Virus record (IMG/VR): IMGVR_UViG_3300037346_000608 | Coordinates: 1 to 63,128 of that record | DNA length: 63,128 nucleotides | Strand: one strand, 5' to 3' | Source: a virus | Taxonomy: Duplodnaviria > Caudoviricetes | Shown: in pieces, positions 29,784 through 39,691 of the stretch | How positions within the stretch are numbered: the first letter of the stretch is position 1 | Layout: each line of letters starts with the position of its first letter | Position numbers and translations under genes: made by a program | Notes under the pieces: model-generated | The model's input: only the letters and a program-made list of their open reading frames with translations | What the model was told of the DNA's origin: nothing | The model's database searches: none

Positions 29784-30725
29784 TTATCTTTTTTTAGGCA
29801 CCCCTTTTACTTCGTTTGGATTCTTACCAGTGTTTTTTGCAGGTATACCTGCAAATACGCCAGTTTCATCATAAGACTTAGTTAAAATTGCACCTGATCC
29901 TAACACAGATCCTTCTTTTAATTTTATTGCAGGTTGCACAACACAAGCAGATCCTAAAAAACAATTATCCTCAATATGAACTGAACCAGATAATGTTACA
30001 TTATTTGCAATATGAACATTACTTCCAATTACGCAACCGTGACCAATTGCTGTACTAGGTGCTATCATAGTACCTTCACCAATAATAGTATTTTCATTGC
30101 ATGCACCCCTAACGATCGATACATTTGCTGAGATATAAGATCCTCTTTTAATTATGACACCACCATTAGTTGATAACATTATTTTTTTGTCATCCTTAGT
30201 ATCATAAGTCCAAAGAAGTCCAGTACACCCTACTATAGTACCAGATTCAATTGTAACATCATCTTCAATGATAGTATTTTTATAAATTATCGCACCGGGT
30301 AAAATATTAACATTTTTTCCTATTTTACATCTTTTATCGATAATAGCACCTGGGTATTTATCTGTAATCAATGTATCAATATCAAAATCACCATTACCAG
30401 GATTAAATACATAAGATAACAAATAAAATAGAAGCTTTGGATCTTCGGTTTTTATATAAGATATGTTAGTGTTAACTTCTTCAAAATAATTTGGGCAAAC
30501 GAGAAATATATTTTTCTTACCTTCGATTAAATGATAAGCTGGGCCATCAAGATAACAGATATCATATTCATCTGCAAATCCTATCATTGACATTCTATTT
30601 ATTGAAATATCATTATGATCAATTATTTCAGCGGTTATTCCTAACTCCTTTATTTTATTAAATACTTTATTCTTCATTACGCTTAAAGAATTTTGCAGGA
30701 CTACCGTACCAAATTTCATTATCAC
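29784..30725 (-). CDS. LpxD-like hexapeptide-repeat acyltransferase
   Basis: Left-handed beta-helix repeats, GGV.I, IGH; true start may be near 30677. Confidence 0.8.
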   Translation of the reverse strand: MIMKFGTVVLQNSLSVMKNKVFNKIKELGITAEIIDHNDISINRMSMIGFADEYDICYLDGPAYHLIEGKKNIFLVCPNYFEEVNTNISYIKTEDPKLLFYLLSYVFNPGNGDFDIDTLITDKYPGAIIDKRCKIGKNVNILPGAIIYKNTIIEDDVTIESGTIVGCTGLLWTYDTKDDKKIMLSTNGGVIIKRGSYISANVSIVRGACNENTIIGEGTMIAPSTAIGHGCVIGSNVHIANNVTLSGSVHIEDNCFLGSACVVQPAIKLKEGSVLGSGAILTKSYDETGVFAGIPAKNTGKNPNEVKGVPKKR

Positions 30726-31137
30726 CTACATCGGATCTAACTTGTGAACATGCACCAATGATTGCATTATTACCTATACTGAATCCTGGCATGAGTGTAA
30801 CATTTGCACCAATAAGAACATTATTTCCTACTCCCTTTACCACCTTGATATCTCCTTCTTTAAGATTAGGTGTATCGGTTAAAACAAAACCATATTTAAT
30901 TGTAGTACCTGAACCTATAGTTGCATTGGCTGAAATAGTACAGCGACTACCCATTGTTGTATTATCACCAATAATAACGTTTTCCCTAATTTCGCAGTAT
31001 GCAGTAAACTTACAGTCATTACCGATTTTAGCGCCATTCTTAACAATACAAAAAGGACCTATAGAAACATTTTCGCCTATTGTGACATTTTTCTCAATAT
31101 AGGCGAATGGATGAATTTTTGATGTTGTGTGTATCAT
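30667..31137 (-). CDS. hexapeptide-repeat sugar N/O-acetyltransferase
   Basis: IHP.A.I...IGANVT.MPG..IG..A.IGA...GSPAK. Confidence 0.85.
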   Translation of the reverse strand: MIHTTSKIHPFAYIEKNVTIGENVSIGPFCIVKNGAKIGNDCKFTAYCEIRENVIIGDNTTMGSRCTISANATIGSGTTIKYGFVLTDTPNLKEGDIKVVKGVGNNVLIGANVTLMPGFSIGNNAIIGACSQVRSDVGDNEIWYGSPAKFFKRNEE

Positions 31138-31141
31138 ATTT

Positions 31142-32647
31142 TTATACTTTATTTTTTAATTTTCTACTTGCTTGAAAATGCTCGATCACTGGGACCACAT
31201 CAGGATACATTGCACGCATACTATCAAATATCATTGTATATTCTGGTGGTAGATTATCTGTTTTGATTTTTCCTTCAGCTTCCATTTCTTTAATTACACT
31301 TCCTAAATTCCACTGTTCAAATGTAGTAGCGTTTGGCCCTTCATTTTTATTAATTCGCTGCCAACGGCGACAAAGCTCCCTGGTCTTTTCGTTATTAGCC
31401 ATAAAGATAGTTCCACTCAAACATTCATTCTTTCTCCATCTAAAGTCTTGCCATCTAACTGCAATATCAGTAACATAATCTTCAAAAAGAACTGGTCTAC
31501 TATGAACTATTGCATCAGAATCTATGTAAAGTAAATTTTTCTCTTGATGTTTATTTAACATATCCTCCATGAATTTGGCCTTAAATCTGGTATTTGCTTG
31601 CCAGTTGCCTAAATTAGTAACACCAACTACATCATGATTAAGTCCTAATTTATTAAGTGAACTAATTAGTTTTTTAGCTTCTTCTTCGTACGGTGTGTTA
31701 ATTGTATAATAAGCAACAATAACGAGATTATCTAATCCAGTATTATTAATTGGATTTTTGGTAATATGCTCAACTGCATCTTTAGTAGAATTCTTTATAA
31801 AATTACTCAAGGGTGCTCTAGGTACAGTAGGTTCAAGCGAAGAAGGTGTTATAGTGTAAAACTCAGTATTATTATATCGCCTAATTCTAGTGATAGATCC
31901 TAATAAATGTTTTCTATATGTATTAATATTTTGATAAAACCTAGACGTTGAAAACTTAGGATAAGAACTATGAAAGTGTGTTTGTTCACTATTTACAGGT
32001 TCTGACAAATCAAATCCTAATAAATAGATTTCAGTATACCCAGCAAGAATAGCAAATTGAATCGCACAGTATCCACTATTATCACCGTGGCAAAATTCTG
32101 CTAGATTTTGACCGAATCCACTTATTGCATTAGTTTCTTTAAATGCACTTATAATAGAAGTAAAATGACGTAAACCTTCATATCTATAATTTGTTCTAGT
32201 ATCAGTATAAACGCCTCTGATGTTTTGGATATATTGATGTTGTTTATTTATTATGAAATGACTACTTTGTGCTCTTGTGGTAACAGCCTTAACTGATGAT
32301 TGGATCTTTCCAAAAAAACTATAATCCATAGTAATAAAATACTTAGGATTTTTAATTAAATCAATTGCCTTATTTATACAAATAACATCATCATCTTTAA
32401 TAAATGATAAATCCACATTTATCAAAGAAGGCCCACCACCAATAATAAAAACACGCTCGGATTTTCTCTCTAAAAAATTAGTAATTTCATTTAGAGATGA
32501 TTCACTACTAGACTTTATTATTCTATTACGTGAATTCACATTAATGGATCTACTTTGATTATTGTTAATAGGTCTAATCAAAATAGGTCTATTTGCTTGA
32601 GTTTCCTCTGGTTGTTTTGCGCTTATTTTTATTATTCGCCTTCTCAT
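31142..32647 (-). CDS. Maf/DUF115-like domain fused to GT-A glycosyltransferase
   Basis: IIGGGPSL, NSG..AIQ.A...IYLLGFD; C-terminal LLYIDSDA, IEHFQASR. Confidence 0.7.
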   Translation of the reverse strand: MRRRIIKISAKQPEETQANRPILIRPINNNQSRSINVNSRNRIIKSSSESSLNEITNFLERKSERVFIIGGGPSLINVDLSFIKDDDVICINKAIDLIKNPKYFITMDYSFFGKIQSSVKAVTTRAQSSHFIINKQHQYIQNIRGVYTDTRTNYRYEGLRHFTSIISAFKETNAISGFGQNLAEFCHGDNSGYCAIQFAILAGYTEIYLLGFDLSEPVNSEQTHFHSSYPKFSTSRFYQNINTYRKHLLGSITRIRRYNNTEFYTITPSSLEPTVPRAPLSNFIKNSTKDAVEHITKNPINNTGLDNLVIVAYYTINTPYEEEAKKLISSLNKLGLNHDVVGVTNLGNWQANTRFKAKFMEDMLNKHQEKNLLYIDSDAIVHSRPVLFEDYVTDIAVRWQDFRWRKNECLSGTIFMANNEKTRELCRRWQRINKNEGPNATTFEQWNLGSVIKEMEAEGKIKTDNLPPEYTMIFDSMRAMYPDVVPVIEHFQASRKLKNKV

Positions 32648-32682
32648 TATGGAATAGTAGTTTTGTTTATTTATTTAAACAA

Positions 32683-32710
32683 AAAAGGCCCAGGAATTCC
32701 TGGGCCTTTT
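32683..32710. terminator. bidirectional intrinsic terminator
   Basis: Perfect 28-bp palindrome AAAAGGCCCAGGAATTCCTGGGCCTTTT. Confidence 0.8.
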
Positions 32711-32723
32711 AATAGGGATCAAG

Positions 32724-32954
32724 TTAGACTTTTTCTACGATAGGTTGTACCAGTGCTTCATCTGACTGAGGTTCCTGATTCATTATAGGATCAGCACCAT
32801 TTTCAGTTTGATTCGCTGGTACAAAGATACGAATAGCTTTTGCAACTAATTCAGCATCTTCTAGAGTAAATGCACCTTTTGCTTGTGCAATTCTAACCGC
32901 TTGGATTAAGACATTAACCGCCTGGGATTGTGTAAGTTCTTGTGAATTTTCCAT
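32724..32954 (-). CDS. hypothetical protein
   Basis: LIQAV..AQ.KGAF.LEDA pattern. Confidence 0.65.
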   Translation of the reverse strand: MENSQELTQSQAVNVLIQAVRIAQAKGAFTLEDAELVAKAIRIFVPANQTENGADPIMNQEPQSDEALVQPIVEKV

Positions 32955-33037
32955 GTTCTTTATTGTTTTATTATTTTTTTATTTATATAACTATTTAGAC
33001 ACATGGTTTCAGATATTATGAACATTTATAACTATTA

Positions 33038-33220
33038 TTATAGTTTTTCTATTTCGGCTTTCACGTCATACCAATACCTAGATCCTGTTGTTTTGATTAA
33101 TTCACTGACCGCGATTAATGCACAGTGTTTGGCTAAACTATTAGAGTGTTTACTATTTTTTATTTCAGAAATATTTAGGTATTCACTAAGTAAGCTTTGT
33201 GCCCTTTCCTTTGGTGTCAT
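33038..33220 (-). CDS. small phage protein (MTPKEKA family)
   Basis: MTPKERA...AKHCALIAVSEL...YW.DVK.EIEKL. Confidence 0.7.
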   Translation of the reverse strand: MTPKERAQSLLSEYLNISEIKNSKHSNSLAKHCALIAVSELIKTTGSRYWYDVKAEIEKL

Positions 33221-33242
33221 AACTTATTTTTTTTATATTTAT

Positions 33243-34370
33243 TTAATGGCTATCCTCTACGTCGTTTTTCTCACTATAAATTAAATAATCTGGGTTAATT
33301 ACCTTTGCAACTTTCGGTCTCTCTCCAGTATGATACTTAATAACAATCCCTTCATGAGGTACTTTGGTTCCTCCAATATTGTTTTTAAATACAAAGGAGT
33401 CTTGTACTTCTTGAGACCAATTACCAAAGTGCAGTATTTCAACATAAGGTAATTCTAAAATATCGGCGATCAATAGTTTTGAATTAATTGTAGATAAATA
33501 TTCTCCATCTTCTTTAACATCAAATCCAACGAATTTAATATCGGTTAAACCATATTCATAGTTCTTTTGAATTCCTGCGCCATAAATTTCACCGTATATT
33601 GTAATACCATCACCAATTTCTGGTTCCATTGCTACACTTTTAACATAAGCCCAAAGTTTAGCTTTAATTCCATATTTTTCTTCAATGGTTCTCCATATAT
33701 CAGTTGAATAGAATCCTTGAGAATCACTACCTTTCTCTACATTATGTGAACCATATACAAATTCATAGTCAATCCACTTATCAGCTAGTTTAAAGAATCT
33801 CTTAACCTTATCCCAAAATGATAATTTAATTTTCTTTACAATACCGTAACGTGCATTTGTTCCATGAATCTTACGTGTAATTTCTACAGTGTCTTCTTCA
33901 GTAAACAGTCCAACCACATTCTTTAAGTTTGGAAACTTATAGTAAACATGGAAGTTTGGATTGTCTTGGTATCTTACTTTTTTACCTCCAGCCAATTGTA
34001 CTTGTCTAACAGGTGGTTCATATTTAAAGATATCTAATGCTTCCATTAAATCCTTACCTTCGTTATTATAACCAATTGGTAAAAACTGATTAGGTATAAC
34101 TAAACACTCAGAATAAACACCACGTAACTTAACCGTTCTCACTCTACCTCCTTTACGCAAGTAATTGGTTACATCCATTGCATCTGATAATCCTTGAGGA
34201 ATGACAGCGTCAGTTGTTGATATTCCAACTAAGTCGGCTTCTTTGTATTCGCCCTTTTTAACAATAGCATTCCAACCGCCAACAACTATTAATTCAATAT
34301 TGTCAGCTCCTTCAATTGCTTTTAATTCTGTTATCTTTCCAACGTAACAAACCGAATTTTGATTTTCCAT
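33243..34370 (-). CDS. RNA ligase, DRB0094/Rnl5-like, with N-terminal OB fold
   Basis: IEGADNIE, KLRGVYS, KIHGTN, GEIYG, FDV, EGIVIK, K.IN..YL. Confidence 0.88.
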   Translation of the reverse strand: MENQNSVCYVGKITELKAIEGADNIELIVVGGWNAIVKKGEYKEADLVGISTTDAVIPQGLSDAMDVTNYLRKGGRVRTVKLRGVYSECLVIPNQFLPIGYNNEGKDLMEALDIFKYEPPVRQVQLAGGKKVRYQDNPNFHVYYKFPNLKNVVGLFTEEDTVEITRKIHGTNARYGIVKKIKLSFWDKVKRFFKLADKWIDYEFVYGSHNVEKGSDSQGFYSTDIWRTIEEKYGIKAKLWAYVKSVAMEPEIGDGITIYGEIYGAGIQKNYEYGLTDIKFVGFDVKEDGEYLSTINSKLLIADILELPYVEILHFGNWSQEVQDSFVFKNNIGGTKVPHEGIVIKYHTGERPKVAKVINPDYLIYSEKNDVEDSH

Positions 34371-34374
34371 AGTT

Positions 34375-34455
34375 TTAAATTATAATATAAATATAATCAA
34401 TTTAATTGGGATCTGAAAATATTTCTAGGACTTTTTTCTCAATTTTAGTAAAGTT
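34375..34455 (-). promoter_or_regulatory. early-type promoter element (repeat family)
   Basis: CCCAATTAAATTGATTATATTTATATTATAATT shared with 6855 and 54181 copies. Confidence 0.7.
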
Positions 34456-34479
34456 TTAAGCCTAGTACTAAACTACATA

Positions 34480-34932
34480 TTATACGATTTTTTCTTCATA
34501 TGTTTTCTTCCACTGCATCCAAGGCTTAGTATCAAGTTCAACTGCGCAAATTACTTTCCACCAAACGAAAAGCTTTCTTTCTGACCAGTCTTCATATTTT
34601 TCAATAAGAGCTGCAGTTTCATTAATCTTACCTTGATAAAACTCAACGGTTTTAATAAGTTCAGCATTCTCTTTTTCAATCTCATTGATTTTTTCTGCAG
34701 CTTGTGGTGAAAGTACGCCACTTAGTGCTTGTAAAAGTACTGCTTCATTAAGAGTACGAATCTTATTTAAGTTAGTATTAACAGCAGGAATAATCTCATT
34801 ATGCTTATCTTTATACATTCGAAGATCACGAGTAAATCCGTTATAATTTTTCTGTAATTCAGGATCATTCACTTCATCATGGAAAGCTTTCATTAAGGCT
34901 TCAACTGGATTGTGTTTTTTATCTTTGCTCAT
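34480..34932 (-). CDS. coiled-coil hypothetical protein
   Basis: ORF. Confidence 0.6.
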   Translation of the reverse strand: MSKDKKHNPVEALMKAFHDEVNDPELQKNYNGFTRDLRMYKDKHNEIIPAVNTNLNKIRTLNEAVLLQALSGVLSPQAAEKINEIEKENAELIKTVEFYQGKINETAALIEKYEDWSERKLFVWWKVICAVELDTKPWMQWKKTYEEKIV

Positions 34933-35156
34933 ATAATGTATTTTAAAATGTTTATTTAAGTGTCCTAGTCTTTTGATTCATAACTATCTATTTTTAATTG
35001 TATTGGAATACATTACCATAAGGTCTAATGAGGTTTTCCAGTTATCTCTTAATTCTCTTCTTTTTTTAAATTTCCACCAAGAAGTATTATAGTATTCTTC
35101 TTTATATTTTAAAGCGTGTTTTAAATATAAATCTTCAAAATAGTTCATTTTCATAA

Positions 35157-35366
35157 TTATAAGTTTTTATTAATCCAATCATCAATATTCCATCTATCAG
35201 AAAATTCATTGTGAAATTTTATTATTAATTCTCTAATCTCTTCTCTACCCAAACTTTGTTTGGTTGATGTTATGTCAAATACTTTTTCTTTATCAATAGA
35301 TAATGAAGCTGATATTAAACTACCTCCTTTTCCTAGTTCTATTCCTTCTGGTGATGAATTTGGCAT
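35157..35366 (-). CDS. hypothetical protein
   Basis: ORF. Confidence 0.5.
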   Translation of the reverse strand: MPNSSPEGIELGKGGSLISASLSIDKEKVFDITSTKQSLGREEIRELIIKFHNEFSDRWNIDDWINKNL

Positions 35367-35389
35367 GATTTTATTTTTTTTGTTCTTCC

Positions 35390-35821
35390 TTAATTAATTC
35401 TATAAATTAGTCCCTTGTCCTTATAAATACTCAGCACCGAACCTTGACCGTGCGTGATTGCGAATTGCCATCCAAAATAATCATATACCATTGATGAAAA
35501 GCTTTCAGTCAAACCATCGATAGCATCTATTTCATTTCCTTCGCTACTTGCAAGTTCCCATAAAAGATTTGTAACATGAAGTGCACGCTCTGAATATGTT
35601 TTATAATGACGAGCGTCATATACTTTCTGTCTTTCAAGTACAAATTCCATTAGGGTACTAAATGAAGTCTCATCTGTAAAATGATTCTTAATTCTTTGTG
35701 CTCTTGTTCGTTCAATTGCATCCCTTTGTGCAAGTTTAGCAAAGTACACTTCCATTGATTTTTTACCTTCTGGGCTTTTCATCCATTCTAAGCCCTGTTT
35801 TAACGTTTCGTTTGCGTTCAT
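35390..35821 (-). CDS. hypothetical protein
   Basis: C-terminal HGQGS motif. Confidence 0.65.
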   Translation of the reverse strand: MNANETLKQGLEWMKSPEGKKSMEVYFAKLAQRDAIERTRAQRIKNHFTDETSFSTLMEFVLERQKVYDARHYKTYSERALHVTNLLWELASSEGNEIDAIDGLTESFSSMVYDYFGWQFAITHGQGSVLSIYKDKGLIYRIN

Positions 35822-35826
35822 ATTTT

Positions 35827-36171
35827 TTATTTTTCAAATTTTACGATGTTAGGATATTCACTCATAAATCCAATACGATAGCCAATCGTATGAAATGTAT
35901 AAGTTGAATCTTGTTGAATTTGACCGTACCGGTCGCTTGAATTAAAATTACCATATAGTAATTCATCTTCCAATTTTAAAGCTCCTGCTTCAGTAAAGAT
36001 AAGGTAATAAGAATAAACGTTACCATTCCCATCGCTATCAGTGATACGTTCCTTTCCAGTCACCTTTGTTTTGATAGACTGTTTATTACTATATCCTGAG
36101 ATAGTAAATGCGATAGAGCCCATTATAAGAGATAGGACTAAAATAAAAATAAGTTTGTTAGATTTAAACAT
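35827..36171 (-). CDS. membrane-anchored OB-fold-like protein
   Basis: TM helix, V..KER, FNSSD.Y, G.RI.F.S.YPNI; the longer track start lies in the promoter. Confidence 0.65.
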   Translation of the reverse strand: MFKSNKLIFILVLSLIMGSIAFTISGYSNKQSIKTKVTGKERITDSDGNGNVYSYYLIFTEAGALKLEDELLYGNFNSSDRYGQIQQDSTYTFHTIGYRIGFMSEYPNIVKFEK

Positions 36172-36176
36172 ATTTA

Positions 36177-36269
36177 ATTGTTTTATAATTATAAATATAA
36201 AACAATTTTTTGGGAATTGAAAATAATGGGGAGACTTTTTTCTCCCCATTATGAAAAAGTTATTAACAA
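36177..36269 (-). promoter_or_regulatory. early-type promoter element (repeat family)
   Basis: TTGTTAATAACTTTTT...TATATTTATAATTATAAAAC. Confidence 0.7.
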
Positions 36270-36410
36270 TTACTTTCCTTGTCCTTTGTAAGCTTTCTTG
36301 TAATGTTTGGACTTTTTACTTTTGCTAGTCTTAGTCTTTGAGTGAACACCCGGTCTACTTACCTTAGATGTAACGCGCTTAGATAAACTATTACCGTTTG
36401 CCTTTGCCAT
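36270..36410 (-). CDS. 46-aa highly basic protein (absent from track)
   Basis: MAKANGNSLSKRVTSKVSRPGVHSKTKTSKSKKSKHYKKAYKGQGK*. Confidence 0.75.
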   Translation of the reverse strand: MAKANGNSLSKRVTSKVSRPGVHSKTKTSKSKKSKHYKKAYKGQGK

Positions 36411-36415
36411 TTTAG

Positions 36416-36613
36416 TTAAAGTTTTTTATATTTTTTATCAGCCTCTATAATTAAATATACCCAAAGTACACCAAGAGGCAGTACTAAAAGTATTGTTAAC
36501 AATAAAAACTTTTTTCTTTTACTATAGATTTGTAATTGTTGCTTGGTTTTAACTAAATATACTGTGTGACCTGTGATTATAAAATCCCTAAATCCATTAA
36601 TTATTAATTGCAT
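36416..36613 (-). CDS. small membrane protein
   Basis: C-terminal hydrophobic helix. Confidence 0.45.
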   Translation of the reverse strand: MQLIINGFRDFIITGHTVYLVKTKQQLQIYSKRKKFLLLTILLVLPLGVLWVYLIIEADKKYKKL

Positions 36614-36641
36614 TACAAACTATACATAAAAATTATTTATT

Positions 36642-37346
36642 CTAATTCTTTTTATTTCTTCTATCATTCTCTTCTTCGTAAACTTGAATAAGATCATCTA
36701 CTATAGGATCTCTATGATTTTTTAATAAAGTAATACCTGCAAGACGTTTAATCTTTTTTGAACAACTATATAAAAATTTAAAACCAGAGTCACGCTTATT
36801 CTTAAGATCAACCTGACCGTCATCACCGCATATAATCATCTTGGATCTTAATCCTACACGAGTAACGATCATTTCCATTTGTTCATTAGTTACGTTTTGT
36901 GCTTCATCTACAATTACACAACTGTCAAGAAATGTCCTACCCCTCATGAATGATAATGGTACTATTTCAATTTGACCCCTTTGTATATAAGCATCCACCT
37001 TTTCTTTGTCATATAAAATGTACATGTTTTGGTAAATTGGTTGTACCCACGGATCCATTTTTTGATGGAGATCACCAGGTAAGAATCCTATTTCTTCCTT
37101 TGATACAGTTGGTCTTGTAATAATAATCTTTTCAAATTCCTTGCGAAATAAACCGTCTAATGCAATTTGACATGCTAACAAAGTTTTCCCACTACCTGCT
37201 TTACCTGCTATTAATGAAATAGTATTTTGTAAAATAAGTTCCTTTGCTGCTTTTTGTTCTTCGTTAAGTGATATTTTAAATTTTATTGGATTTTTTATAA
37301 TCTTCTTTTCACGAAATATTTCGTCGTCATGGCGTCTGGCTGTCAT
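36642..37346 (-). CDS. phoH: PhoH-like ATPase
   Basis: GKAGSGKT, GFLPG, FMRGRT, DEAQN, GD..Q.D. Confidence 0.93.
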   Translation of the reverse strand: MTARRHDDEIFREKKIIKNPIKFKISLNEEQKAAKELILQNTISLIAGKAGSGKTLLACQIALDGLFRKEFEKIIITRPTVSKEEIGFLPGDLHQKMDPWVQPIYQNMYILYDKEKVDAYIQRGQIEIVPLSFMRGRTFLDSCVIVDEAQNVTNEQMEMIVTRVGLRSKMIICGDDGQVDLKNKRDSGFKFLYSCSKKIKRLAGITLLKNHRDPIVDDLIQVYEEENDRRNKKN

Positions 37347-37388
37347 ATCATTTTAATTTTTTTAATAACACTTCATAATTAGCGTTAT

Positions 37389-38036
37389 TTATGGTTTAGA
37401 ATTATAGTGTTTTACCGGTTCTGAAACCTTTGGTTCAACTATTAAATTACCAACTTTAGGATTTTCCTGTACAACGGTAGGCTCCTTAGGTGCATCAACC
37501 GTTACCGGTTGTATTACATCAAGAACTTCAGTACTAGGTTCAGTTGGAATTTCTATAGGTTCTTCTATAGATAGAGCCTCAGCCAATTCTTCATTTGGTT
37601 GAGCAGGCCTAATATAATCAACTAGAGATTTTATAAACCCTAATGCAATAACAGGTAGAATTGCACCTGATACGATTGAGAGTATTCTTTTTTGTGTAAT
37701 AAGGTCTTCTTCTTGTAGTCCAAATAGTTCAATCCAATCTTTAAAATTTTCTAAGTGAGTATACGCATAAAACATATTACCTTGGATTTGCATTGCAGTA
37801 AGAAGTATAAATAAAAACCATACAAGTGTCTTGCTTGTCTTTTCTAAAACTATGATTGATGCAAGTGATGCTGCTGCACCTATTTCAAAAGCAATTGCTA
37901 ATGATACCGCTAACCATCGTGGGTTTGACATTTTAAAAAATTCTATAACATGAAGGGTTGATATAAGAGATACAATAACATAGAGTCCTATCATAGTACT
38001 TAAGATAAATCCTTTTGTAAATTTTTCTGTGTTCAT
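37389..38036 (-). CDS. multi-pass membrane protein
   Basis: About four TM segments and a Pro/Glu-rich tail. Confidence 0.7.
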   Translation of the reverse strand: MNTEKFTKGFILSTMIGLYVIVSLISTLHVIEFFKMSNPRWLAVSLAIAFEIGAAASLASIIVLEKTSKTLVWFLFILLTAMQIQGNMFYAYTHLENFKDWIELFGLQEEDLITQKRILSIVSGAILPVIALGFIKSLVDYIRPAQPNEELAEALSIEEPIEIPTEPSTEVLDVIQPVTVDAPKEPTVVQENPKVGNLIVEPKVSEPVKHYNSKP

Positions 38037-38047
38037 ATAATTTAGTT

Positions 38048-38182
38048 TTAATATTTATTCACCAATAATACTGTATTTACATAATGGTAAATCAGCACCG
38101 CTATTAGTAAACTTGTGGATGGAACCTTGTCAGTTCCATCTAATGGTGCATATCCATTTGTTTACCTTTTACTTTCAAACAT
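38048..38182 (-). pseudogene. fragment of a tail-fibre-like gene
   Basis: NGYAPLDGTDKVPS motif out of frame with ATG at 38182. Confidence 0.4.
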
Positions 38183-38215
38183 ATTTTATATTTTATTTAA
38201 ACTTTAATACTCTTA

Positions 38216-38608
38216 TTAGTTTTTCGTGCCATATTTAGTTTGAAAATATTTATTGATTCGATTACTTAACCTTACTCTTGGATCATTTATATTTATGTTC
38301 ATAACTGAATATGGTACAACAAAACCAAAACTTAAAAATATTCGTCTTGAATTAAACTCGTTTGTCCAATGTTTATATAAGGAAGCTTCAAAACAATATA
38401 AATCCTTTTGTTTTATATTTGAGTACTCATCACCAATATAAATATCATAATCGTGAGATAATACACATATATTACATTTATAATTAATGTAACCCGCAAT
38501 AGACGCGTCATAATGTGGTTTTATTTTACCACCTTTATTCATGTCAACCGCCTGGTTGAGGCGGGATGTATCCTGGGAAACAACCACCAACTCCACCATT
38601 TTTAGCAA
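38216..38608 (-). CDS. hypothetical protein
   Basis: Likely start MNKGG near 38542. Confidence 0.45.
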   Translation of the reverse strand: MLKMVELVVVSQDTSRLNQAVDMNKGGKIKPHYDASIAGYINYKCNICVLSHDYDIYIGDEYSNIKQKDLYCFEASLYKHWTNEFNSRRIFLSFGFVVPYSVMNININDPRVRLSNRINKYFQTKYGTKN

Positions 38609-39122
38609 TCTTTGATTCTATTATACGTGCTACCTGTAAACAAGGAATACCAAAAGAATCACCGCTTCCACTAGTTGGAGTTGGTACTCCGGTTAAAATT
38701 TGTTGTTCACCTGTAAGTAAACATTCCTTCAAAAGAATTTCTGCAAATATTGCACCAGGTGACGTAAGAGTACAACTATTTGTTAAACAGATTCTAAGAA
38801 GTCCTTTATTAACAATATGTCCACCCGTTGTAGTATATTGAAGTATGTCGATGTCAAATCCTCTTGAGCCAGTAGGTACATCTGGGTACCAAAAGTTTAC
38901 AACTACACAATCAAACTCATTTGTTAATTGAATTTGGATGTCACAAAATTGATCTAGGTCAAGTGGTTTTTCATCAGCTCCAAAAAACTGAATATCAATA
39001 CAAGCAGAAGTACCTTGCATAATATATTTAATACAATCTACCTGTGCAATTATTCTACCACAGATAGTTAATGCACAGGTTGGATCTCCGGGTGTTGGTA
39101 CCCCTGGTATGATGTTATTCAT
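38544..39122 (-). CDS. Cys-rich beta protein, possibly structural
   Basis: ORF with PLDL..., beta-rich. Confidence 0.55.
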   Translation of the reverse strand: MNNIIPGVPTPGDPTCALTICGRIIAQVDCIKYIMQGTSACIDIQFFGADEKPLDLDQFCDIQIQLTNEFDCVVVNFWYPDVPTGSRGFDIDILQYTTTGGHIVNKGLLRICLTNSCTLTSPGAIFAEILLKECLLTGEQQILTGVPTPTSGSGDSFGIPCLQVARIIESKIAKNGGVGGCFPGYIPPQPGG

Positions 39123-39409
39123 TACTTCATCTCCAATATTTTTATTTCTTTTTCAATCGCGGTTTGGCGTTGAACATCAAAGATCTTACGGTCCGTTGCT
39201 TGGATCATTCTTTTTTCTGCATTAAGACCTTCGATCTTAAGGTCAGTTGTAGTTGGAAGTTTCATAATTAAATCTATGTTACTCTTTGACTCCTTTTTAA
39301 GTCTGTCGAGTTCTCGGTCTACACCACAAGATTTAAAATATAATAGGATTAAAAGTACAGTGATTACCTTACTACCATGTTCTTTAAAAAATTGATTAAT
39401 CTTATTCAT
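39122..39409 (-). CDS. membrane-anchored protein
   Basis: N-terminal TM followed by KSC and coiled coil. Confidence 0.6.
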   Translation of the reverse strand: MNKINQFFKEHGSKVITVLLILLYFKSCGVDRELDRLKKESKSNIDLIMKLPTTTDLKIEGLNAEKRMIQATDRKIFDVQRQTAIEKEIKILEMK

Positions 39410-39418
39410 AATATAATT

Positions 39419-39673
39419 TTAGTTTTCTGTCTTTCCTTTAGGGACTCTATGATAATTTTGTGTTGACCATGGGTCACTGCTTGCACAATCACAGTCATCA
39501 ACGTGTTCACCACACCTAGGACAATAATCAACGTTATCATCTACATAATCCTGTGCATCTTTTTCTGTCTTTTTATCAGACTTATCTTCAATCTCAATAT
39601 TCTCTATATGATCTACAGGCTTATGTCTCTGACCTTCAGTAACAAAGACTTCAAATGAATGAATATGTTTCAT
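39419..39673 (-). CDS. small Cys-rich protein with leader
   Basis: MKHIHSFEVFVTE; CPRC...CDC. Confidence 0.6.
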   Translation of the reverse strand: MKHIHSFEVFVTEGQRHKPVDHIENIEIEDKSDKKTEKDAQDYVDDNVDYCPRCGEHVDDCDCASSDPWSTQNYHRVPKGKTEN

Positions 39674-39691
39674 TATTTAATTTTATTTGTT

